Shown: positions 40,231 to 54,053 of the stretch, in pieces | Layout of the letters: every line of letters starts with the position of its first letter | How positions within the stretch are numbered: the stretch's first letter is position 1 | Origin: Proteromonas lacertae | Taxonomy: Eukaryota | Assembly: GCA_002245135.1 (NCBI GenBank) | Contig: NGBS01000019.1 | Coordinates: 1-64,000 of the forward strand | Direction of reading: 5' to 3' | Length of the DNA stretch: 64,000 bases | Position numbers and translations under genes: made by a program | Notes under the pieces: model-generated | The model's input: only the letters and a program-made list of their open reading frames with translations | What the model was told of the DNA's origin: nothing | The model's database searches: none

Positions 40231-43200
40231 ATGGATAAATCCAAAACCTTTTTAACCAAAGTATTATATATTCGTTTTAGTGTTTATCTAATAGGCTATT
40301 GACATTATGAAACAGATTTGTGATGAGGAGCAGCTTAGAATGGCATATATTAATCTAAATATAGCTGTTAACTTTAATAAAGAATATTTCAATCAGAAGA
40401 AATGGAAAGAACAGAAAATCGAGCTTGTTTGTAGGAAGTATGTATATTTTTTGTTATTATATAGATTATTTCTTCGAGATGAAAAATGTATAATTCCATC
40501 AGTAGTATCTGTCATGTCATTATACAAAGATGATAATCCAACACACAATGAAAAGGTTAGAATGATATTATACCATTGCTATCTAATACTTACATTTATT
40601 TATATGCCTAAAAGCTTTTGGAAGGAATTACCAAAGATGCAAGAAGTAATTAAAAACATACTCTCACTCAAGCCAAATAGCTTCCCAACATTCGTTAAGA
40701 AAGAATTAATGGAGAAATTAAAAAACGATAAATTCGAAATAATCAAACCAGAAGAAATAACTTGTGATTCATTCTTCAATCTAATACCACTCCTTAGTAA
40801 TGTAATAAATTATACAAAAGATGATGTTAATTATGATAAAATAGTACTATATCAATCCTTAGAAGATGTATTAGAAATGATGATAACAATAATATCAACC
40901 ACTTCTAGTAGTTCATTGTTATTGTATTATATTCCATTTATATTGAATTGTTTTGATGAATTACCTGTTTATTTATATCCTTATTATATCACTTATTCAA
41001 GACCATTTGGTATAAACACTTCAGTGATAATAAAAATTAATGAATTAAAGAGTTATTGTTCATGTATAATTATATATATATATATTTATTTATTTTATTT
41101 TTTAAATAGCTGGTTTAACTACATTAAAGAGATATATTGATCTATATACGCTATTGAATAATAGTAACAATCCACCAAAACAATCTGAATTAGATGAATT
41201 TTCATTATCTTTTAATACAAAGAAATTATCATCACAAATTAATCTATTATATAAATATGTACCACCTTCACCACCTGATTTACCTATCTCACCTATTTTT
41301 GAAAAGTATCCGTTTCCTCAACCACATGAATATAATGAGATAAAGAGATATAGTGATATGATAAGTGTAGATAAATGGAGTGAAATTAGTAAAGCCAATT
41401 TAGAGACATTTAAAAAAGAATTAAGTGAAAGTGATAATCTTGAATGTAATACAATGTCAAAGTATTTAAAATATGAAACAGTTGGTCAAAGGGGTGTGAA
41501 AATGTCAAACCAACAATTATATAAAGCTGCAACTATAAGAGAAAGGAATATTCCATTAACAGACTGTATATTGAAGAAGAATAATCAACTTAGTAGAAAT
41601 GATGATGATAAATCTATAGATTATACATTATTACATATTGATAATGAAATGAAACAGACAATTATAAAGTTTAATAAAGATAATGATGATAATGATAACT
41701 CAGAAGTCAAAAACTCCATTACTAGAGATTTACAAAATTGTTTAAATGATACATCATTATGTGAATATTCTAGAGGATGTTATGATGCAATGTTTTGTAT
41801 AACATGTACACTACAATCGATGGATTATAATCGATGTATTAATGGTATATTCGTATGTAATAATTGTGGTAAAATATGTCATTATGGTCATATTACATTA
41901 CCGACACCAGTGGTTTATTATAATTGCAGTTGTAATACAATAGAGAGTTGTATTGACCATCATAATGAATATATGAATAATTATTTACCTCCAGGATCAT
42001 TAGCGGATTTAGCATATACTTATTTAATGAGACCAATGCAAAATACTCCAATAATAAAGACTATTTCTAAAGTGTATAATCATATGAATGTATTGAGTTT
42101 AATTAATGATAAAAAAGACTTTGATAGTGGTGATGTAGTGTCTTATTTTATAATGGTTCAGCTATATGTTGCTAAAAAAGTATATTATAGTAATATGATG
42201 GAGATATTTAATGATGAAATCAAGTTCTTAAGAATGTTAGCCAATTCATTAATTCAGTTATTTAATCAATGTATTGATATAGTTGAAGATTTAAAAGCAA
42301 TGAATACAAGATCATTTGGCTGTCAAGTAGCAGAAGTGATTAAAGTATGTGAAGAAATCAGACTTATATCCTCAAAGAATGAATTTGAACGAAGTATAGA
42401 TGATGATCAATGTATTTTAAATGGTTTTTATAACAATATAACCAATATCGAACACTTGTGTAAGTTTGCATTATCACCTGTATTAAAAGCAATGTGTATT
42501 ACAAAAGATACACCATTATTCTCATATTTATCAAAAAGAGAAAAGAAATTCAATTTGAATGATCTAAATTTAGATCCAGCTAAGATGGAATTAGCTGATA
42601 AATTTTCTGTTTTAGATTCTTATACTATCAGAAATATCTATAGTTATCCATATCAAGCTAAAGAGATAATATTAAGTGATCGTTGTAAGAGTTATATTGA
42701 TAATTCTATTCACATACTAAGACATTTTGAACATATTCGAAAAATACAGAAAGGTTTAGAAACAGGGTTTAGAGTGAGTTATATTGACTTAAAAGAATTA
42801 GAACTGCTAGGAGAAAATAATATTGATTATGGTAAGAATAAGGAGATTGGTTTATACAAAGCAAGTAATTATAGAAATTACTATGAAAAGAAGAAGAATG
42901 ATATAAGTATAAACTTATCTCAAATGGGTAATTCCTTTAATAAATACTTAAGGAATGATATAATATCGAATTGTTATACAAATATTCATGGTTATATTCC
43001 ATGTATATCAAACTTTTATAAATCATTCTTAAAATATAAGAAAGAATTAGGAAAATATCATTTAAATAATAATAACACTATAACAATGAGTCCTTCCATA
43101 GTGTTAGATCCACTAGATAATTTAGCTACAAGTCCAATTCAATCTAATAGTTCACATATAAAACATAAAGTTGATAGTTTCAAATTACCACGACATGAAC

Positions 43201-46113
43201 CAGATGAAGGTGATAATGATGATGAAGATGAAGAGAATAATAAAACGAATAACAAAACAATACATTTCCTTGAAATCACCTATTATACAATCAACTAATA
43301 CTACAACTAACAACTACAACAACTATTGACGATTCAACTAATAATCGCAGTAATAAAAAGAATAAGAAAAGAAAGAATAGAAAACCACATACTCCAATAG
43401 AATCATCGTCTATTACTATAATTGATAATAGTAATTCATCTATAATATCATCATCATCTATAATAGAAAGTCCAATAAAATCTAAAGATAATAATAATAA
43501 TAATAATAAGAGGAAGATAGAAGATGAAGAGCAAACTAAGAGATTAGATGAAGAAAGGAAATTAGTTGATAAAATAGAAGAGAAAAAAGATGAATTGAAA
43601 TTACCACCAAAAGAACCAATTATTATGCCAACTACAGCTATTAATTCAAAACCTAATAATAATAATAAAAGGAAGAAAAATAAGAAGAATCAATATCCAA
43701 AATTAGGAATATTTAAAGGTAATAATAATAATAATAATAATAACTTCAATAATAATACAAAGAACCAATTTACTCCATTATTATCCTCTAAGAATTATAC
43801 ACGATTAACTGCACCACAGATTGTGATAAAAGAATATGAACAATACACTGAAGTTGAATTAAATGAGAAATTAAATGAAATAACATCAATAGTCAATCAA
43901 ATCGATAGTATAATTAATAAAGTGAATGATTCTAAGGATTACAATTGCATTAGTGAAGATGAGAAGAAAATGACTGACAAATTAGTATTATACTTAGAAA
44001 AGAAATTAGCAATCGACTTTATATTATCACATAAAACATATAAATTACCTACACCACCACCAGCAACAAAAACTACTCCAGTAAAATCTCAGCAAAATAA
44101 CAACAACAATAAGATTAATAACAAAAAGCCAATAGTAGAAATTACACCAGCTTCTACATCCAATATACAATTGAAAAATAATACAACACCAATACAACAA
44201 CAACAACAACAACTATCATTTAGATTACCACCACAACCACATCAACAATCATCAGATGATGAACCAGTAATATTAAGAGTGGTTCAAACTAAACCATCAT
44301 CATTATCATCTCCGCAAGAACAACCACAACAGAATGAGATAATATCAACTCCTACTCCATCTACACCATCTTCATCAACTACTGATACATCCACTGGCAA
44401 TAATAATAATAATAATAATAATCCTTCCAATGAACCACCTCCATCTCCTATATCATTACCTGTAAATGATCCGAAAGTGATTGAGACTGAGAAATTAACA
44501 ACTTCTCCAATAACATCTAATGCTAATTCAGATGAAGAAAAGAATAAACCAATTACAGTTAGTGATAATAGTAATACAGAAGAAATATCAAAACCTAATG
44601 AAGTAAAAACACAACAACAACAACCTCAACAGCAGCAGCAGCAACAACAACAACAACAAGTTCCACCACCTCAATATCAACAATATCCTCGTAGAATGTA
44701 CAACAACAACAACAACAACAATCGTCAATATAGAAACTATAAGTATAGAAACAACAATAATAACCATAATAATAATATGCCAATGTATTACCCACCACCA
44801 TTACCATTTCCAATGACTCCTCCTCCTCCAGCACCTTATTATTACTATTATCCGCCTCCACCAATACCTCAACAACAATCACAGAAAGATAATGAATCAT
44901 CTACTACTAAACCTTCAACAACAACAACTTCAAATGAAACAACAACTGCAACTACAGCAGCTCCACCTGTTCCAATTATTCCACCACTACCACCACCTCC
45001 ACAGAATATGTATCCTTATTATATAATGCCACAACCAATACCACCACCATTACCACAATCACAACAACAACAACTAATCAATAATAGATTCATACCTAAT
45101 AATAATAATAATAATAATAGCAAAGATAATAGAAGAAAATATAGTTCATTAACTGCATTTATACAGTCAATCAGTACATTACCCAATATAGAGAATATAT
45201 ATAAGACTGAACATACTTGTATTAAAGATAATAGTAATAATAATGAGTGTTTCTTATGTTTATGTAAAGATGTATATGAAGAACTAAGTGAAGTATATAT
45301 ATATATATATATATTCATTTATTATATAATAGACTGGTGATATTAGTGAAGAAGAAGAATCTAAAGTGAAATTACTGTTCAATACAATTACACGATGTTC
45401 TCCTGATGGTGATGCAACTTATGTAATATATTATTATTATATTAATCAAATACATAAGATATTAACAACAATCCAATACATCTATAAAGAATTGTAATTG
45501 TTTGATTCATAATATGTTTACTTTACAAGTTATTACAGTATATATATATTATATAATTTATCAATAGCATAATATTTGTCCATGTGGAATGACAAATGAT
45601 GTAAAAAATGATCATTTATATATGATAAAAATACCAATAAAACAGTATATTACATTCTATAAGAATGATACTGATAAAAATTTATCATATACACAACTAT
45701 TAGGTCAAACAATTCAAGGAAATCAATGTGAATATTGTATGTTACCTCACACTCAAATACAATATGAAATTACTAATGAACCACAGTTTGTTGTGTTTCA
45801 ATTAGATTGGAATGACACTGATGATAATGAATATATAACACAATTTTATCAATCAATAAAGCCAGAAATAGAATTAGATCAACTGTTCTTTAATCATCAG
45901 AAGCAAAGCGCTAAGTTCTGTTTATCTTGTAATTGGGTAAAGAATGAAGGAATTGAGTGTTTGTTCCGTGATGATGATGTATATTCATGTACTGGAACGT
46001 TCTTTTATGATGAAATTTCAAGTGAGTTTAGTGGAATAGTGGATTATGGTATGAAATATAGATTAAAGCCTGGAATATTGATGTATCAGATAAATAGAGA
46101 TGGAAGTAGTTAA
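40231..46113 (+). CDS. Large protein with UBR-type zinc finger, Asn/Gln/Pro low-complexity region and C-terminal USP53/54-like (peptidase C19) domain; apparent frameshifts near 43260-43310
   Basis: Zinc finger: CEY...FCITC...VCNNCGKICHYGH...YYNCSC. USP-like part: LTAFIQSI..HTC..ECFLCLCKDVY..GDATY, CPCG, CEYC and ITNEPQFVVFQLDW. Same-strand ORFs are contiguous. Confidence 0.6.
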
Positions 46114-46262
46114 ATAGAAATAAGATGTTTTTATTTTTTTATGTTAATCGTTATTATTTTCATAATTTATCCCCAAAAACATATTCTTTGATAAAGAATA
46201 AATGTATATGAAAATGATAAAAACTAAAAGGTTCTACTACATATCATCTTGTTCCACAAATT

Positions 46263-47340
46263 CTAATTTTCTGAAACATACCTTGGTTTAATGTTGGTAG
46301 TAGTAGTAGTTGTTGTTGTTGTAGCACCTGGGAGTTTAGCATTAGCTGTTGTTGTTGTTGTTGGCATTGTTGATTGAACAGCATGAACTGGAACTGTTGT
46401 TGTTGTAACATTTGGTTGCATTGCTATGTTTTGTTGTTGAAGAGGAATGTTTTGTTGTTGGAGTGGAATGTTTTGTTGATGGATTGGTGCTGTATTCTGC
46501 ATTGGCATACTATTTTGCATTGGCATGGTATTTTGCATTGGAACTGCACCTGTTGTAGTAATATTATCATGATCTTTCTTATGGAACATACCAAATAAAT
46601 CAAACTTCTTTTTCTCTTCTGGTACTACTTCTACTGTATTAGCCATAACAACTGGATTTTGTTGCATTGGAACAGCACCTGTTGTTCCCATATCTTTAGC
46701 AAGTTCTCTATCAGCTTTCATTTGGTATTTTTCTTCTTTTCTTTGTAATTTGACCAATTCTTTTTCCTTCTTTCTAGCTTCTCTAGCAGCCTTTTCTCTT
46801 TCTTTTTCGAACTTCTTTAAATCTTTCTTTGATGTTTTTGTTTCTAATGTTGGTTGAGTTACAACAGCATGATCAGCCATAACAACTGGAGCTTGACCAG
46901 CCATAGGTGGTGCTTGAATATTTTGAGCTGGAAGAACTGTTGTGTGTTGTACTGGCATCTGCATTGGTGTTGATTGTTGAACCTGGTGGTGGAATAGCTG
47001 TAGCTGTAGTTGTATGCATAGCTGGTGTTACTGTAACATTTGGTACAGCAGCTGGTGTTATTACTTCTTGAGTTGCACCAATATGAGCAGCTAATGGTTG
47101 ATTAGCAGCTACATTGGGGAGTGTGGTTGTTGTGGTTGTTGTAGCTGTCTTTGGGATTGTGGTGGTGGTTGTAATAGTTTTTGTTGTTTTGACTGGAATT
47201 GTAGTTGTAGATGTAACTTGAGCTGGAACTGTTTTAGTTTCTGTGAACACTTGAGGCTTTGTTGTTGTGATTGTTTGTACATCTGTGTGCGTGTTTGCTG
47301 TTGTAAATTGTTGTGTATTGTTGTTGTTAATTGGATTCAT
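46263..47340 (-). CDS. Thr/Pro/Gln-rich low-complexity protein with central charged coiled coil; frameshift near 46985
   Basis: ATG at 47340 (MNPINNNNTQQF). Two overlapping same-strand ORFs have the same composition, with short repeats MPMQN, IPLQQQN and TTGAVPMQ. Confidence 0.65.
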
Positions 47341-47564
47341 TGTTTGAAAAAATAAATTGAAATTTGTTAAGAATTTTGAAAATATCAAGAAACACGATAC
47401 TAAACAAAAATCGTGTTTTTAGATAACGGGATGAAGCACGATTCTATTGGATCGTTTGCAGAAATGGATCACTTTTAGACAAGAATAAAAGTCGTGTAAA
47501 CGAAGAACGAAGAAGTTTGAGAATTTCAAGCCAATAAATACTCTATAAACAACAATCTTATTAC

Positions 47565-48577
47565 TTATTTTAATAAATACTTGGCTGTTATAAATACTCT
47601 ATCCATTTCTTGACCTGTTTTCCTATTCTTAAGGTGGATCGTGTGATATTCATTTGATAATTCCTCTAAACCAAACGAAGTCATTAGATTATGGATATAC
47701 TCTATTCAACAATAGTCAACATAATATATACCAGAAGTGAAATAATATGTCAATGTTCCATCACCTCTTTTATAAATCTTATCTTCATTTTGTGATTTGT
47801 TTTTCCTTATAAATCTCATCATTGTCATATCATATAAACCGTAATCCCTTATACAAATGATTCCTCCTGGTGATAGACACTATAAATATAGGATATTTCA
47901 GTAAAATACATTTACTAAATTTGATATAACTAAATGATGTTGTGAAGGATGAAAAGCGGAAAGATAAAACACACATAAGATTATATTTACGTTTGGAATA
48001 ATATCAGTTATTGGATTTAAACCATTATGAACAAAGGGAGTGCATAATTTACTACAAAATCGAGGTGATTTCTATAATATTTTATAATAATAAAACGATA
48101 GAATTATACCAAAATAGTATCAATTGCTTTTTCACTGAAATCAAAGCAATATATGTGTTTAATTGAATGTACATATTGTAATTGTAATGAAGTACTTCCT
48201 GTGCCACAACCACATTCTAATACTAAAGAACAGTTGAAAGTGTATAACTCATTAAAGATTTGAAGTAAATAACAACGCATCTGGAAGAAATTCCCCTTTG
48301 ATTTTTCATGAAATATATTCCAATAATCACTTTGATTGTCTAAATGAAAGTCATCTACAACTTTAGCTGATTCATATCCTTTTATTATATCATCACATTT
48401 CCTTTTTATTTCATCAAAAGGTAAATCACAACTGTGATATTCTGTGCTGTACAGAAAACTTTTGTTATAAATATCTCTTAGTTTTGCGTTTGAAGTAGCT
48501 ATATTTCTACATTCTATAGGACTGAGGTATTGTAATATTATTTCAAAGCATTTATTAGGTAAATCATAAAATAGCAT
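47565..48577 (-). CDS. METTL2/METTL6-family tRNA m3C methyltransferase-like protein with N-terminal F-box-like motif
   Basis: YWNIFHEK..NFFQMRCYL, VLECGCGTG, CFDFSEKAI, FILSAFHP, PGGIICIRDYGLYDMTMMRF, YKRGDGTLTYYF and NRKTGQEMDRVFITAKY. Confidence 0.85.
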
Positions 48578-48669
48578 GAATAAAATGACAAAAACGTAAT
48601 TTATTTTGAAAAAAACAATTGGCTTGTGATTCAGTTTAATTTATGTTTCAATAAAAGTATTCGTTTCAT

Positions 48670-50500
48670 ATGACTGTTTTGAAGATGGGAAATAAATCAT
48701 CGAAATCTACAAAGAAAAAGAACTCGTTGTCCAATTCAACGGAAAATCCTGATAATGATCCAAATTCTCCTATTCACCTAGAGGTTACAGGAGAAGGTAG
48801 AACGTATTGAAACTATTTTATAATTTAAGATATATTAAATCGTATATGGATATACTATGCGATTATTTTGAGACTCATGATGAAGTAACACTATGTAAAA
48901 GTGATTTTGAGAAGTTCTACAAAGAATTAAGCACTTTTTTTGCACACAGAACGACAGTAACTGAGGAAGATGAGATTGCAGTAATAAAGTATAGTTATAT
49001 TGTATTATATTTAATTTTTTTTAGGTTTAATGATAAACCATATCAAGATTTAAGTGGTTTGCTATATATTTATACAACACAGGGTAACAAAATAGTACGA
49101 CGAAAATCTGCAGATAATTCAACGCCGTTACAAGAGAATATAAAGAAAAATCCACTAGTATAAGATTATATATAATTTTTACATATATAAATAAATAGAT
49201 AGGAAGAAGGGTTCAATCTGCTTATATTCCCAATCCAAACGTTGCAGTAAATGTTCAACTTTCTGCAATGATATGGACATGGGAATTTGATGTATTTAAA
49301 GTAGCTGAACTTGTAGGTGATAGTTCTAGTATATTTTATATTAAATTATTATTATTATTTCTATAGATCCTTTAACAGCAATAGGTACCTTATTATTCCA
49401 ACTAGTAGACACTAAAAATCTCTTAATATTTGAAGCTGTTCAACAATATCTTAATATAGCATGGTCTAAATACCATTCCACCAATCCATATCATAATGGC
49501 TTACATGCAACAGATGTAGCTCAAGCGATGTTCTATTTTATACAATATCCATTATTTAAGAAATGTTTAGATTATTATGATCAAATATCGTGTGTATTTG
49601 CTGCTTGTGTTCATGATTTGGCTCATACTGGTGAATCAAATGGATTTTTGATTAATTCTGGTGCTGAATTGGCTATTAGGTATAACGATAAATCTCCACT
49701 AGAAAATATGCATTGTGCTGAAGCATTTTCTATTTTAAAAGTATATATATATATATATATATTTATATAATAGAATCCTGAATGTGATTTATTCTTTGCA
49801 TTTAAAACAGATAAAAAGTTACTCGTAAGAAAGAAAGTCATTTCAATGATATTAAGTACAGATTTTGCACTTCATTCATCATTATTAAGTATATAATATA
49901 TATTAATTATATTATATATATAGTAACAACAACTGAATTATTAGAAAATAAACAATATGATTTTAAGAATGATGAGGATGATAAAATGATGATATTAAAC
50001 TATGTTTTACACGCTGCTGATATTGGTAATGGATGTAGATCTTCAGAAGTGCATGTAATATGGGTAAATAGATTATTAACAGAATATCAAAAACTGGGAG
50101 AAAAAGAATTTGAAGCTGGATTACCATATTGTATATAATAATAATAATTATTATTATTATTGTATTTTATAGCTGGATTAACTAATCCTGAGACACTTGA
50201 AAATCCTAATAGTATGCAAGATTCGTTTTTAAGTGCAGTTGTTAAACCAACTTTTGAATTACTAACAAAGTATGTTTTTGAATTTAGATGATTATATTGT
50301 AGATTACCTGAAACTGATTTTCAAGTGTGTCTTGATCAATTATTAGATAATATTAAGAGTATTGAGTGTGGCAAAATGAAGTTTCACGTTTGTATATTTT
50401 GTATTTTTCATAATTTGTAATAGTGAAAGATTTTTATGATAAGACAAAGTCTAATGATAGTAGACAGAGTTCTCCAACAGGTAATCAAAAGAAAGTGTAA
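48670..50500 (+). CDS. 3',5'-cyclic nucleotide phosphodiesterase (class I)
   Basis: WEFDVF, NPYHNGLHATDVAQ, AACVHDLAHTGESNGFL, LAIRYNDKSPLENMHC, ILSTDF and LHAADIGN; many short introns. A second in-frame ATG at 48685 gives MGNKSSK. Confidence 0.93.
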
Positions 50501-50580
50501 GTTACTATGTATAATAATAATTTATTATAATTTGCATAAAATGTGTTTTTTAAACCCAATTATCAAACAATTATCAGTTA

Positions 50581-50653
50581 GCCCGTCTAGCTCAGTCGGT
50601 AGAGCGCTAGGCTCTTAACCTAGTGGTCGGGGGTTCGAGCCCCCCGGTGGGCG
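50581..50653 (+). tRNA. tRNA-Lys (anticodon CUU)
   Basis: 73-nt GC-rich cloverleaf: acceptor GCCCGTC/GGTGGGC, D arm GCTCAGTCGGTAGAGC, anticodon loop CTCTTAA, T arm GGGGGTTCGAGCCCCC; followed by a T-run. Confidence 0.97.
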
Positions 50654-50794
50654 ATATTATTTTTCTTTTTATTTGTTTTTCTTTCTATCGTATAGTTATT
50701 ATAATAAATTAAATTTCAAATAATATTCGTTTCAACAACTCAAAAATAACAATTACATATATATCTTAATAAAATAAATATAGAATGATTTAAT

Positions 50795-52568
50795 TTACAT
50801 ACTTTTATACCACAATTTTATATGTGAATCTAACGAACCAGTAAGGAATGTATTGTTACTAATTGGATGAAAATCAACACAAGTAACAGGACGTTTATGA
50901 CACTCTATCTTAACAGAATGAGACAATATCATCGACTGTTGTTGATGTAATAACTGCTGTTGTGAAGATGTTAAATTACTATTATTATAATGACTATACA
51001 CTTTAGTATGGTTATTATTATTATTATTATTATTATTTGGTATATAAGAATACATCGTTATTGAACCATCATTACTAGTTATTGCCACATTCTTATCATA
51101 TAAATGACTATCAGATATATCACTATCTTCGCTAGTATTATCATTTAAATTATCTTTACTGTTACTGTTGTTAAGGTTATTATTATTTAGATTATTATTA
51201 TTATTATTCAATCGATGTGAAACAGCACACTTTGTTTGAAATCCAATTAATACTTGTGATGGTTTAATTGTATAAGCGTGTTTAATAAATGATGATTTGT
51301 TTATATCATTAGATAGATTATAATCGATATATATTAGATGAACCGTTATAATGATTGGTGATTATTATATTGTTGCTACCACTATTATCACTACCACTAT
51401 TATTATTATTACTGTTATCTTCATCACTTTCATTATCATCAGATATTATACCAATATTTGAGATAGCTGAACAACTTGTCTTTGTAGTTAATTCTTTCTT
51501 TAACATTTGTCCTCTAACATCCCAAAACTTTATCATTCCTTTCATATCACCTGTTATGAAGGTGTATTCATCACTAGTTGGTTTGATTGAGGTTAATACA
51601 CTGTCATTTGGTAGTTGGAATATTATCTTGGAAGATCTCTTGTCAATTCCGTTGATTAGCTTATCAGAACCACATGTATAGATTACATTGTTATCTAATT
51701 TAATAATATTAATTAATTTATACTGTTTGGATCTAATATAATGGAATTTAGTGCTGATTTTAAATTAATAGATGGTAATTACATTTTTGGTGGATATATC
51801 CCATATTTTCACTGTATGATCATACGAACAGGAGAATAATGAAGTAGAAGTGCTGTCCCATACCAAATCAGATATAATATGATCATGACCCATTAATTGG
51901 TTTAAAGACTTAGTTTGAATTCGATTACTACATTCGAAGAATGTAATTATATGGTCAGAAGAACCAACACCTATGAATTTACCACAATCTGAGAATTTAG
52001 CACAATGAATTGCACAATCTCGGATCTAGCAAATAAAATGTTATTTTTATTAAATACTTTCACACTAGATTGACAGATATAATCACTCGATCTGTGTGAT
52101 TGACTATGACCTATACAATAAATAAATAACTATAAACAAGATATATTCTATACTATTACTAGTGGTTGAACTAACTTCACAATCACTAACATCAGATCTT
52201 GAATCATCTGATACAATTAGTGATGGTGAAAATGATGACTCATTGTTATTTTTTATTCTAATACATTAACAAAATAATCTATACAATGAGCTTAAGAGGT
52301 TGACTGATTTACGTAGCTCACGGTTCTCTTTCTCGAGAATATCAATCCTTGCTTTCAAATCCTTATTTTCTTTGGTTATCAGCTAGAAATAACGAATTAA
52401 AAAATGTACATCGAAATGCTCCTGCTGATGTACCTCATATCCCTCTAATTTATTCATTAATTACAAATGGTTGTAAAACGGCTTTTATTTAGGCGGGCTT
52501 TATTACAAAAATACGCTATTATTTGCATTTGTTGAATGGAATATATTATTTTAATACCATTTGCACAT
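50795..52568 (-). CDS. WD40-repeat protein with N-terminal coiled coil (start uncertain; apparent frameshift near 51325-51345)
   Basis: LKARIDILEKENRELRKSV, LMGHDHIISDLVWD..SCSYDHTVKIWD, TGDMKGMIKFWDVR and CHKRPVTCVDFHP..TGSLDSHIKLW. Confidence 0.8.
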
Positions 52569-52679
52569 CCTAAGATTTTGAATATAGTTATAAAGCAAAA
52601 AGATTTATCAAATTTTTGTCATTTATTCAATAAATCCAATTCCAACAACATATAATAGAGAAAATTAGAAAAATAACAT

Positions 52680-53932
52680 TTATTTATTTTTTAATTGCTT
52701 TACATACCAACTAACAGCCCATTTCAAATCAATCAACATACACTTCATAGCAGCAGTCCACAATTCAGCATTACTATAATCTATTACTATATCACTAATT
52801 GTATTTCCTTTAATTACAAATGGTAAACTAAGAGAATTATCTTGAACCATAATCTCAGTACTATACTCCAACAATGCATTCAGCAAATACACAATGGCTG
52901 TATTAAATTTATTATATCTAAAAAATGTTTTTTCTACATACAATGGGTATTGAGTTTTATCACTAATTACACTAATAGCACTAACACTTCCCCTAGGATA
53001 TAGTTGGTATTTTTTAAAAGTATAATTCATATTTTGTGCTAATATAGTAAGTAGTAATGTTACTTGACCTAATGCTGAATTTATTTCATGATTGTCGACT
53101 GGATCACTTGATAGGTTGCCTAATCTAAATCCACTGATTACTCCATATCTATTTTCAAACCAGATAAAACATGCGTCATTCAAAACATTTGTACGCTTTA
53201 ATCTTTCCAACTAAATATAAAAAAATATTAAAAAAAAATTTCATTATACATTTGTATTTTTACAGTTCTTTTTCTGCTTTATTGATTCAATTTCACTTTT
53301 ATATAAACTCTCAATCTCTTCTACTGCATTTGCTTCTTCAATACAACACTGTTTCAAATGTTTTAATCGAATTAGTTTATTTTTCTTTTTATTACTGTCT
53401 GAATTATTGTCTTCTCTTTTTTCTCGTATTACACCTATTTCATGACTTACTTCTTCACTCTCTCTGGTTATTTCTTCAACTGATTTTGATGAAGTATCAT
53501 TTGGAGTTGATAATTTTTCTAAATTTTCATTTAATTGTTCGTATTGTTTTATTTCTTTTTCTAATTCTTCACATTCTTTCTGGTAATTTGTCATTTCTTC
53601 AAAACAGCAATTAGGGCATAGTGGATAATCACAATTTGATATAGATGAACTATAATAATAATTAAAAATCATATAGATGTACCATAAATGGCAAAATGAC
53701 TCTATATCACAATTATTTGCAACTTCATCAATATAACTATGTAATTCTTCATTTGTTATTTCTTTTAAAGTTGGAGCCAAACTTTTCAAAGCCTCTATTC
53801 ATAGTTATAAGGATAAATTGTTCTAATACCTTCAAAAGAATCTTTATCTACTGCTATTGGGTTCAAACACTTTTGACAATAAACAACATGAGGTCCTTTC
53901 GGCGGAGGTGGCTCTACTGGCTGAGCTTCCAT
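52680..53932 (-). CDS. ATG6: Beclin-1/Atg6/Vps30
   Basis: YCQKCLNPI, DYPLCPNC, LERLKRTNVLNDACFIW, ISGFRLG, EINSALGQVTLLL and WTAAMKCMLIDLKW; introns include 53795-53829 and 53211-53249. Confidence 0.92.
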
Positions 53933-54053
53933 AAAGATTGTTTTTTGGTTATCCAAAAAAATATAAAAAACTCAAATCAGAATTCAAACTTTTTATTTTT
54001 TATTAGTTGTTATTTTATTATAAGAGAAGAAAAACATTTCAGTATTTTACTTT

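Noticed and set aside
50795..52568. ATG16 call for the coiled-coil + WD40 gene next to ATG6 (autophagy cluster)
   Set aside because: The coiled coil is short and I see no ATG16-specific motif; adjacency alone is not evidence.
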